DNA of 64,000 nt, taken from contig JAKSUL010000003.1 of assembly GCA_024409055.1 (NCBI GenBank), positions 16,829 to 80,828 on the forward strand, in the 5' to 3' direction. Below are positions 1 through 8,119 of this stretch, piece after piece. Origin of the DNA: Bacilli bacterium (GTDB lineage Bacteria > Bacillota_I > Bacilli_A > RFN20 > CAG-826). Every line of letters starts with the position of its first letter. The stretch's first letter is position 1. The notes under the pieces were generated by a model. It did not search any database, was not told the origin of the DNA, and saw only the letters and a program-made list of their open reading frames with translations. The translations under genes and the position numbers were made by a program.

Positions 1-467
1 TGGAAATCGAAAACGTTCTCTTCTCCTTTAACGGTGTACCCGACAAAAAGGCGATCCTCTTTTTCCTCTGGGAGTATTGGGCCAATGAGAGAACCAGGAA
101 CGATATTTTCAATGGTTCCAACCAATTGATCCCCATCAAAGAAGGAAGCGTTGTAGCGGATATCTTTGATGAGCTTTGCATATAAGGTCAGACTCTCATA
201 AATCTTCTCGTCGAAAGAGAAGCGATTGCCCCAGTCGTTATTTTCAAAGCCATCCTTAAGGAAAAAACCATAAAAAGAATACCCTTCAAGCAGAGGGGCG
301 CCCGGATCGATAACCCGTTCTCCTGATTTGATAACTTGCGAGGAGAAAGAAGTACCGCCATAAGTCTCAAAAGAAACCACGACTTTATCATCCGTTTTCT
401 CATTTGAGCCGCAGGAAAGAAGAGACGGCAAAAGCAGCAAGCAAAGGAGAGCGCGACAGTTCTTCAT
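1..467 (-). CDS. Lipoprotein, N-terminal part only (gene runs off the window edge), with a Listeria-Bacteroides / InlB-B-type repeat
   Basis: Absent from the ORF track because it has no stop inside the window. My translation from ATG 467..465 gives MKNCRALLCLLLLPSLLSCGSNEKTDDKVVVSFETYGGTSFSSQVIKSGERVIDPGAPLLEGYSFYGFFLKDGFENNDWGNRFSFDEKIYESLTLYAKL... It has a lipobox (LLSC) and a GYxFxGF...LYAKL repeat signature. Its ATG forms an ATGA overlap with the stop of the upstream gene. Track ORF 188..403 is the wrong frame. Confidence 0.6.
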   Translation of the reverse strand, partial: MKNCRALLCLLLLPSLLSCGSNEKTDDKVVVSFETYGGTSFSSQVIKSGERVIDPGAPLLEGYSFYGFFLKDGFENNDWGNRFSFDEKIYESLTLYAKLIKDIRYNASFFDGDQLVGTIENIVPGSLIGPILPEEKEDRLFVGYTVKGEENVFDF

Positions 468-1624
468 AAAACGATGCTCCCTTCTACCATATTTTCATTA
501 ACCACGTGGACTGTTTTTCCGAAAAAATCATATGAAACAATCTTTTCTTCGGTCAGCTTAGTAAGGATCAAAGTGTCTTCGACGATATCGGCCTTATACA
601 TATTATTTTCCAGGTCTTTGCAAACCACTCCGTAATTTGATGTTTGAATAGACTCCAGTCCTTTAACTTTGGATTTTATGGATAAGTTCAGATATTCCAT
701 TTCTCCAGTGGATTTGATCGCGAAAACACCTTTATCCGTAACGCCGGCTTCTTCGTATCCCCCATGCTGAGAAATAACAGTCAAAGGCAAATAATCACCC
801 TCGTTTTTAGAGATGTTTCGGCCAGCATTATTTCCAGATGCATACACATAACCGTCATTATCGATGAAAACTGAATAATCGCTGCCGGCATGTACATATT
901 TGAATTTTCTCTCTGACACTTTGCTCGGAGCGATTAGCTCGCTTCCACTTTGAAGCATATCGTTTCTGCCCCAGGTGTAGACATATCCTTCTTCTGAGAT
1001 AGCAGCACAATGAAATGAGCCGGCGGAGACATAGGAAAACTTGAGATCTTTTAAAATTTCGGAAGGCTTTCCTTTGGAATCTTCACATCCCAGTTGCCCA
1101 AATTCATTTCCACCCCAAGTGTAGATCTTTCCTTTGTTGGTTAAGCCGACCATATAATCGACTCCGCAAGACACCTGCGAAAACGCGACTGGCAAGTCAA
1201 CGACATCCGTGTCGGCGCCGTGACCTAATTGTCCGAAGGAATTATCACCAAAAGTGTGGATAACGCCATCCTCGTCAACATTAGCCCTATTAAGCTCATT
1301 TGAAGAGAAAAGAAGAGACTTTGGATCATTCAAATATCGGATTCCAAACGATGGATTTGACTTTTGCTCAGCGTTGGAGGCAACAACCCTCAACGTTGCG
1401 TATCCAGCGATATCAGCGTCCAAAAGGTTGAAAGACGGTTTATCGCCGCTCAATTTTTCAACCCCATTCACAAGGAGAGAATAAGAAGTGGCACTCTCAA
1501 CTTCTGAGCATTTCAAAACATTGTTAAAAACGCTTAAGTCTTTCGGAGTCGACAAGCTAGGTTCGCTCGAATTTCCGCATGACGTTAAAAGAAGAATAAA
1601 GGGGATGAAAAATACTTTTTTCAT
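464..1624 (-). CDS. RCC1-repeat (beta-propeller) lipoprotein
   Basis: Signal peptide plus lipobox (LLLTSCGNSS). Repeated RCC1-type motifs: GDNSFGQLGHG, WGGNEFGQLG, TWGRNDMLQSG, YASGNNAGRN. Confidence 0.75.
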   Translation of the reverse strand: MKKVFFIPFILLLTSCGNSSEPSLSTPKDLSVFNNVLKCSEVESATSYSLLVNGVEKLSGDKPSFNLLDADIAGYATLRVVASNAEQKSNPSFGIRYLNDPKSLLFSSNELNRANVDEDGVIHTFGDNSFGQLGHGADTDVVDLPVAFSQVSCGVDYMVGLTNKGKIYTWGGNEFGQLGCEDSKGKPSEILKDLKFSYVSAGSFHCAAISEEGYVYTWGRNDMLQSGSELIAPSKVSERKFKYVHAGSDYSVFIDNDGYVYASGNNAGRNISKNEGDYLPLTVISQHGGYEEAGVTDKGVFAIKSTGEMEYLNLSIKSKVKGLESIQTSNYGVVCKDLENNMYKADIVEDTLILTKLTEEKIVSYDFFGKTVHVVNENMVEGSIVL

Positions 1625-1732
1625 ATGCCAATACTCTACGCAAAAAACTAGGCGCTAGCAACGAACGAACTTTATTAAAGTTGAAAGAAATCCTATATAT
1701 GTAGAAAAGACCTATTTTTCTAAATTTTTAAA

Positions 1733-1761
1733 GTAAGAAAAAGTGCCTTTAATAAGGCACT
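1733..1761 (-). terminator. Intrinsic terminator after the 1770..2909 gene
   Basis: Hairpin agtgcctt-taat-aaggcact (1742-1761). It is followed on the minus strand by TTTTTCTTACTT. Confidence 0.55.
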
Positions 1762-1769
1762 TATTGCTC

Positions 1770-2909
1770 TTACTCAGTGAGCGGGACCAATGTGATTGAA
1801 TCGATGATAAACCAGCCAGCGGAGTTCGGAGAACGAGTAACGGAAACAAAGTTGAGAGAGCTATTGAAGCATTGAGCAGACACAACGACCTCACTCGTAT
1901 TCGGAACGTTATATGCTTGACCTTCATAGGCCGGAAGCTCATATTCTCCAACTTCACCGTTCATGGTAACGTCGGCGACGTTTCCAGAACCTCCTTGAGC
2001 ATAGGTGATCTTCACTCCGTAATGCCCTTCGACCGGGACCTTGAAGTAGATATCAACGCCATGACCCGCTTCGTTGATTTCTCCAACGGCGTAGTTTTCG
2101 CCCATGGTGTCGCACTGGAACGGGAGACCGCCGGTATGGAAGTTTCCGCGCTCGGCTTCAAGCACAATTTCAGAAACCGTGAAATCGAGCGATTCAACGT
2201 CGTAAGTGGCATTGGCGCCAACGATGTCGACATAGTCGATCTGAGCCCATCCACCATATTCTGGATTATCGGAAGCTCCGCCGTCCTTAACCAAGGAGAT
2301 TTTGTTGTATCCCTTAACTAAATCGACCGAAACGGTAACGATTGCAGGGCCCGTGACTCCATCGGCCCATCCATTGGCTTCCGCATAAACTGCATCACCA
2401 ACTTTGGTGCCATTTAGATAAACGCCATGTTTGGAGTTAGCTGCTCCAGTCCAATAGGCGACATTCAACTCATGAATGCCAGCGACCGGGGCATAATGGA
2501 TCCATTCAAGACCTTGTCCACAATCGTTGATATCAGCGGCCATAAGACCACCCGAAGCGGCCGGATTATCGCTTCTCTTGGCCCTTGTTCCGTCAAGAAC
2601 ACCAGCTTCAGCTTCTAAACGGAAATCGTGGTCAACTCCGTTATAAAGCGGATCTGGATCCGGCTGAGTGTCAGAGGAAGTAACCGTCGATTCCTCGCTT
2701 TCCGAGGAGATAAAGGTCGACATTGATGTCTCTTCGCTTTCCGAAGTAACGGACGGCTGAGACGTCTCTTCTGATTTCGAAGTCGGGGTGCTAGTTGCTT
2801 CGGATTTTTCAGAGAAAGCAGTGGATTGACTGCTTGGCTGTTGTCCTCCGCAAGAAGCGAGCAGCATCGTTAATGATGCCGGAACAAGAAGTAGTAACGT
2901 CTTTTTCAT
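1770..2909 (-). CDS. Lipoprotein with a Ser/Thr/Glu-rich linker and two CBM6/CBM35-like beta-sandwich modules
   Basis: Lipobox LLASCGG and a low-complexity linker (SEKSEATSTPTSKSEETS...). There are two modules, starting RLEAEAGVLDG...DINDCGQGLEWIHY and VLEAERGNFHTG... It is paralogous to 9725..11077. Confidence 0.55.
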   Translation of the reverse strand: MKKTLLLLVPASLTMLLASCGGQQPSSQSTAFSEKSEATSTPTSKSEETSQPSVTSESEETSMSTFISSESEESTVTSSDTQPDPDPLYNGVDHDFRLEAEAGVLDGTRAKRSDNPAASGGLMAADINDCGQGLEWIHYAPVAGIHELNVAYWTGAANSKHGVYLNGTKVGDAVYAEANGWADGVTGPAIVTVSVDLVKGYNKISLVKDGGASDNPEYGGWAQIDYVDIVGANATYDVESLDFTVSEIVLEAERGNFHTGGLPFQCDTMGENYAVGEINEAGHGVDIYFKVPVEGHYGVKITYAQGGSGNVADVTMNGEVGEYELPAYEGQAYNVPNTSEVVVSAQCFNSSLNFVSVTRSPNSAGWFIIDSITLVPLTE

Positions 2910-2920
2910 ATCATTCTCCT

Positions 2921-5050
2921 TTATCTGAATTGATAAGACACCTTTTTAATAACGTCTATTTCGCCAAACGCGATCTTAAGACCATCAAAAGACAGCTTCA
3001 CGTAGTCCGTGCTTTTCTCAAAAACATAAGGGACGTCGATATAAGACGACAAAGTCGTCAAAGAATAGCCGGTGTTGGAAGCCAAGACGGAACCGTATAA
3101 CGCGTTATTGCGATAAACACCGACGGTAACTGTTCCGCCTGTCTTTTGGGCAAACTTAAAACGAAGAACGACTTCTTCTCCTTCCCTATAGTTGGAAGGC
3201 ATAGCAATCGGCTTTGTTATTGATCCAGTGGCCATAGGCATGGTCGAACTTTCGACCTTAGAAAGAACCGTATAGTCAATTTCCTCAACGAAGAAATCGT
3301 CGAAGTAGAGGGTATCGCCGTTTTTCGATGTTAGCCCGAATTTGAAACCGACATCCATTGAATTGGAGGTGGCTTTGAAAATGAATTCTTTGTTTAAAAG
3401 ATTGCTGCAATTAGCAAAACTCATCGTCTGTTCTGGGTTTGTTCCATCGTTGGCATAGATAAGCACAACCGCTTCAGGGTTTGTCTTCACATAAGTGGAG
3501 ACACGGTAGTAAGAGCCAGCACGTAGATTATTGAAGTGGTGGAAGGCGCTTGTTTGACCGCCATTGACCAACTTAAAGCCAAACGATCCGGCATGAATGT
3601 TATCCAAAACCGTATCTTCGATATTTGTGAAGGTGCCGTTTCCATTGGTCTGCCAGTTCTCGAGGTTTCTGTTTTCCCCATCGTTATTCGGGAAACTCAC
3701 GGAGGAATCCTCTTTTAAGTCGGACACAGGAACGTAGTAGTTATTGTCATCCATGGTACCGCCATTCATGGCCAGCAACGTTTCAAAGTTCTTCACATAA
3801 AGATCGACGATATCATCAAGTTTTATGTGGAGGCCATACTTCTCGACGTTTCCGATGCGAGTCGTATAGTTTTGGTCGTTATAGTAGGTTCCTTCGCCAT
3901 CGTGGTAGAAAGAATCATTAATCGTTTGGTATTCCGGGTTTCCTTTTTTGAAACCATTGATGATTCCAAGAATGCTAGTGACAGTAGCGGCAGTGCAGTC
4001 GCCATCAAATCCCATAAGCGAGGAATATTTGCAGGCATTCATGTAATTGTTGCCGGCATAAAGAAGCGAGAGGATGGCAAAGCCGCCATTTACACTCGGG
4101 TCGCACTGAATGTTGTCTAGGCGATAAAGATTCCTCCTAGCGTTAACAACGGTCCAAGCGGCCGTCTCCATATCATGCGGATTATCTTCGTAAGCTTTTT
4201 TGGCAATATCGAACATCTGTCTCGGCCAAGATCCTTTCGGCATTGCTTTCTTCGCTTTTTCGATAATCGAATATACGTCGTTATCAAAATAAGCTATCGA
4301 ATAACAAGCGGAATAGAATTTCGCCCAAATAATTGAGTCGTAATATCCGACGTTGCTTGCAAAGGTATCGGTCAAATTGACGGCAACATTTGGCATGCCG
4401 CCCGCATCCATGCCGAGGGTCTCGTTTTCAATATAAGCCTCCGTGCACCATCCATAGCGATTGCCGGATTCGATTTTTCCAGTATATGGGGCCAGCATCC
4501 TATTTTTATTAATAAGAGCCATGGCGTCGTTGCCACCGCCCCAGTCATAGACCTTATAGTCGTACCAAGCGTCGGTTATAGCCTTTGAGGTAAAACCGTA
4601 CTCGTTCATAATCGTCTGCGCGAAAATATCTAAGTGGTAGTCATCGTCTGATGCCACTTCTTTTTCACCTTTAAGACCGGTATTCTTCAATCGATTGTAC
4701 GGGTTTGTTTCAGCGGGTCCTCCACCTGGATCATAATTCTCGAAATTTCCGGCATAGGGGCCATAGCAAAACTTAAACCATGAGTCAGGCATCATTATGC
4801 GCGGCATCGGTCCATCCCAAACGAATTCATATCCGGAAAGGAAACCGGCCATATGACCCAAAAGTCCGCCTAATGTCTTATTTCTATATTCGTCTTTGGA
4901 TATAGAAACTAACTCAACAGGGACGGAATCCATCGAAGTTGAAGGAGCGGGGATGGTTTCGGTGTATCCAGAAGCATTGGAAGAGCCGTTCGATCCACAC
5001 GAAACAAGAAGCAAGGTGGACAAAACGAGTAAAGGAATTCTCTTCGTCAT
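2921..5050 (-). CDS. Surface lipoprotein with an ADP-ribosylglycohydrolase-fold domain plus C-terminal CBM4_9-like modules
   Basis: Lipobox LLVSCGSNG. ARH-like motifs LGGLLGHMAGFLSGYEF, SDDDYHLD and GFDGDCTAATVTSILG. The C-terminal region ENWQTNGNGTFTNIEDTV...GSFGFKLVNGG resembles a CBM4_9-like domain. The start overlaps the SBP stop by 4 nt. Confidence 0.5.
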   Translation of the reverse strand: MTKRIPLLVLSTLLLVSCGSNGSSNASGYTETIPAPSTSMDSVPVELVSISKDEYRNKTLGGLLGHMAGFLSGYEFVWDGPMPRIMMPDSWFKFCYGPYAGNFENYDPGGGPAETNPYNRLKNTGLKGEKEVASDDDYHLDIFAQTIMNEYGFTSKAITDAWYDYKVYDWGGGNDAMALINKNRMLAPYTGKIESGNRYGWCTEAYIENETLGMDAGGMPNVAVNLTDTFASNVGYYDSIIWAKFYSACYSIAYFDNDVYSIIEKAKKAMPKGSWPRQMFDIAKKAYEDNPHDMETAAWTVVNARRNLYRLDNIQCDPSVNGGFAILSLLYAGNNYMNACKYSSLMGFDGDCTAATVTSILGIINGFKKGNPEYQTINDSFYHDGEGTYYNDQNYTTRIGNVEKYGLHIKLDDIVDLYVKNFETLLAMNGGTMDDNNYYVPVSDLKEDSSVSFPNNDGENRNLENWQTNGNGTFTNIEDTVLDNIHAGSFGFKLVNGGQTSAFHHFNNLRAGSYYRVSTYVKTNPEAVVLIYANDGTNPEQTMSFANCSNLLNKEFIFKATSNSMDVGFKFGLTSKNGDTLYFDDFFVEEIDYTVLSKVESSTMPMATGSITKPIAMPSNYREGEEVVLRFKFAQKTGGTVTVGVYRNNALYGSVLASNTGYSLTTLSSYIDVPYVFEKSTDYVKLSFDGLKIAFGEIDVIKKVSYQFR

Positions 5051-6372
5051 AGTTTTCCTTCCATTCCCTTAATCATCGTTTCCTGCATGAAATCGACGAA
5101 TTCATTGGAGGTTATGCCGCCAGTAATCCATGTCGACATTTTTTGGTTAATACGCTGGTCAACCTGATTGTAGTAAGTGCTATACGGAACACCGACGGTC
5201 TTATTCTTTCCGTTAGAAATGACATCAACGTAGTCGACGATTTTGGTTTCTCTGAGTGTATCAAGGTATGTTTCTTGAACTTCTTTGCAAATCGGGAATC
5301 CACCAACAGACTTTTCGGCTAAAGCCTTAATGGATTCGGCTTTCATCAAATACTTAAGAGCAGTTTGGTCCGCTTTGGAATGAGACGATGTTTTAACGGC
5401 GAAGAAACAATCTTTGAAATTTGTGCTGTAAGAGCTATATCCATCGGCCTTGACCGGAATGGCGGCGACACCGACATTGAATTCAGTGTAGTTAACAATT
5501 TCGTGAAGTTGCCATATTCCATCAACGAACATAGCGATATTGCCGCTCAAGAATCTGTTGATAGCGGTCGAGACTTGGGTATCGCTCGTATTCGGCATGG
5601 ACTTATCGACTTTAAGCATCTTGTCGAACCAAGAGTAAACATCATAGAAAGGCTGGGTGTTGATCTTTGGCTGTCCAGCTTCGTCAAAGATATTCACGCC
5701 GCCGCTATTTTTGGAGTACATACCGGCATATGAAAGGTATGGTCCAGCTGAGAGACCGAATTTTTTCGCCGCACCTTCTCCGCTAGTGAGTTTCTTTGCA
5801 GTTTCGGCGATTTCTTCGAAAGTGGAGGCATGTTCCCAATCTCCAGACGGATATTCGATCTTGTCGGAGTGGCTATTGTTGTAGCTATCGATGATGTCTT
5901 TGTTGTAATAAAGAACCATGTGTTGGGTGCCAGAGGGAAGGCCATAGTATTTCCCGTCTTTTTTAGCAACGCCTTCAAAGGATTCGTTAACGTATTTATC
6001 GCTCGATTTCAAATCGTCAACAATAGAGGTCAAATCCTGAAGTTGTCCCTTTTGGACCATGTTAGGAATGTGCGATTCGGCGATACGGCCAATTGTTCCA
6101 CCGGTTCTTCCGGCAATATTCGCGGCCACCTTGGTGTAATACTCATCCCAGGAGTCAGTCTTGATAACTTCCTTCTCGATGGTGATATCGATGCCATCAG
6201 CCTTCATAAGTTCGTTGGCCTTTTCGATTTGAGCGTCCCAACCAGGCCTTTCGTTATTCGAATTCATGATGGAGAACTTAACAACGCCAGAGCCGGTGTC
6301 TCCGCCACCAGATCCTCCGCAGCTGACTAAGGCAGCAGCCGCCAAAGCTAACATAGATAATTGTTTTTTCAT
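5047..6372 (-). CDS. ABC transporter sugar-binding lipoprotein (solute-binding family 1)
   Basis: Lipobox ALVSCGGSGG. Its size, composition and position beside MalF/MalG-type permeases fit this call. Confidence 0.85.
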   Translation of the reverse strand: MKKQLSMLALAAAALVSCGGSGGGDTGSGVVKFSIMNSNNERPGWDAQIEKANELMKADGIDITIEKEVIKTDSWDEYYTKVAANIAGRTGGTIGRIAESHIPNMVQKGQLQDLTSIVDDLKSSDKYVNESFEGVAKKDGKYYGLPSGTQHMVLYYNKDIIDSYNNSHSDKIEYPSGDWEHASTFEEIAETAKKLTSGEGAAKKFGLSAGPYLSYAGMYSKNSGGVNIFDEAGQPKINTQPFYDVYSWFDKMLKVDKSMPNTSDTQVSTAINRFLSGNIAMFVDGIWQLHEIVNYTEFNVGVAAIPVKADGYSSYSTNFKDCFFAVKTSSHSKADQTALKYLMKAESIKALAEKSVGGFPICKEVQETYLDTLRETKIVDYVDVISNGKNKTVGVPYSTYYNQVDQRINQKMSTWITGGITSNEFVDFMQETMIKGMEGKL

Positions 6373-6386
6373 AACCGTGTACCTCC

Positions 6387-7238
6387 TTATTTAAGTCCGG
6401 TTGTTGCAATTCCCTGCACAAAGTATTTTTGGCAGAAAAGATAAACCACAGCAAATGGGATGACAGAGAGAGTGCTCGCCGCCATAACGCGGCCCCATTC
6501 GACACCCGTCATATTCGACTCCTTCAAAGATGCGATGAGAAGCGGGATGGTAGTCAGATCCTCGCTGCTCAAATAAATGAACTGTCCAAAATAATTGTTC
6601 CACGAACCAATAAACGAGAACAAGCCGAGCGTAATAAGAGCCGGTTTGCATAAAGGCAAAATTACGTGGAAATACTGCCTTAACGTTCCACATCCATCGA
6701 CTTTGGATGCGGCGATCAAATCATCGGGGATAGAAACGATGAACGACCTAAGCATGAAGACGCCGTAAGTGTTGATCAAACAGCCGGGAATAATAAGAGG
6801 CAAGAAAGTGTTTACCCAGCCGATTTTAGCGAAGATGACATATAGAGGAAGCAAAGTGACTTGTCCAGGAATCATCAAAGTGGCGATGAAGATGGAATAG
6901 ATCAATTTGTTTCCACGGAACTTTAATTTGGCAAATGCGAATGCCGCCAAAGAAGAAGTGAACAATGTGCCTATCGTTGAAGTAACGGCGATGAATAACG
7001 AGTTGGCGTAAGCTCTCCAAATAATTCCGTTTTCGTATTTGAAGACGGCGGCGAAGGAGTCCCAAGTCAAATTGAACGTAAAGAAATCTGTTGGAACTTT
7101 GAAGATTATCGAAGGGTTCTTAAAGGAGTTGAGGATCATCCAATAGAACGGGAACATCGATAATAGCGCGGTGACCACCAAAAGGATGCTGAAAACGATG
7201 ACACGTATTCTTTCGTCTCTATGAAGTTTGGTTTTCAT
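6387..7238 (-). CDS. Carbohydrate ABC transporter permease (MalG-like)
   Basis: Six predicted TM segments. The EAA-loop region is AASKVDGCGTLRQYFHVILPLCKPAL. Confidence 0.9.
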   Translation of the reverse strand: MKTKLHRDERIRVIVFSILLVVTALLSMFPFYWMILNSFKNPSIIFKVPTDFFTFNLTWDSFAAVFKYENGIIWRAYANSLFIAVTSTIGTLFTSSLAAFAFAKLKFRGNKLIYSIFIATLMIPGQVTLLPLYVIFAKIGWVNTFLPLIIPGCLINTYGVFMLRSFIVSIPDDLIAASKVDGCGTLRQYFHVILPLCKPALITLGLFSFIGSWNNYFGQFIYLSSEDLTTIPLLIASLKESNMTGVEWGRVMAASTLSVIPFAVVYLFCQKYFVQGIATTGLK

Positions 7239-8119
7239 TCGTACACCACCTTCTTTTTAACAAAGAACTCGATCGCGGTGATTATTCCAACGAGCATGAA
7301 CAAGACCCAGCTCGCAACCGCCGCGCGTCCCATATCCGATTGATTGAACGCGTAATAGAAGATATACATCGATAATGTGAAGGTGGAATAGTTAGGACCA
7401 CCAGCGGTCATGATGTAAACCTCATTGAACATGTTGAATACGTCGATAAAAAGCATAACTACGACGAAGAAGGTTACCGAAGAAAGCATCGGCAATGTAA
7501 TCTTTAGGAACTTTTGCCACCAATTGGCGCCTTCAACATCAGCAGCTTCGTACAAATCCTTTGGAATATTCTTCAATCCTGCGTCAAAGATGATGTAGTA
7601 ATATCCAACTTTTAACCAAGTAGAGACAATCGCTACAGCGATCCTTGCCAACACTTCGTTATTAAACCAGTCCAAAGCGTTTACGCCAAAGAAGCCCAGG
7701 ATCGTATTCAAAACGCCTCCGTTTGTTTGGAAGATGAAGGCCCAAACAGTGCCGATTGCAATCGTCGATGTGACCATCGGTAAGAAGAAAGCCGCCCTAT
7801 AGATTTTTTTCATAGGGAGTTTCCTATTGGTCATCATGGCCAGCGTTAACGAAAGAACCAATGTTGAAGGAACGACTAGACCGATATAGATCAAAGTATT
7901 AAGAATCGACCTCCAGAAAACATCGTCATTAAAGCATCTTTCGAAGTTCTTAAGGCCAACGGGGGTCGGCATATCGATGTAGTTCCATTCGCAGAAGCAA
8001 AGGATGATGGAGAAAACTAGCGGGAAGGCAACGAACGCCAAAAAGCCAAGGACTTGTGGGCTTATCAAAGCCCATCCAGCTAATTCTTCCCTCCTTTTTC
8101 TCGTAAGTTTAGTCATCAA
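7235..8119 (-). CDS. Carbohydrate ABC transporter permease (MalF/UgpA-like)
   Basis: EAA loop YEAADVEGANWWQKFLKITLPML. Its stop overlaps the downstream permease start by 4 nt. Confidence 0.9.
   Translation of the reverse strand: MMTKLTRKRREELAGWALISPQVLGFLAFVAFPLVFSIILCFCEWNYIDMPTPVGLKNFERCFNDDVFWRSILNTLIYIGLVVPSTLVLSLTLAMMTNRKLPMKKIYRAAFFLPMVTSTIAIGTVWAFIFQTNGGVLNTILGFFGVNALDWFNNEVLARIAVAIVSTWLKVGYYYIIFDAGLKNIPKDLYEAADVEGANWWQKFLKITLPMLSSVTFFVVVMLFIDVFNMFNEVYIMTAGGPNYSTFTLSMYIFYYAFNQSDMGRAAVASWVLFMLVGIITAIEFFVKKKVVYE

Noticed and set aside
188-403. 71-aa track ORF on the minus strand
   Set aside because: It is in the wrong frame. The real gene in this interval is the lipoprotein starting at ATG 467, which the track omitted because it has no in-window stop.
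1872-2321. Nested or opposite-strand ORFs of 60-200 aa throughout the window. Examples: 1872-2321, 5830-6330, 8307-8915, 19091-19576, 19583-20041, 26800-27300, 38358-38888, 51080-51643, 58159-58677, 60299-60772, 61556-62047.
   Set aside because: Each lies wholly inside a longer ORF with clear family motifs on the other strand or frame. None has a convincing RBS or a recognisable domain.
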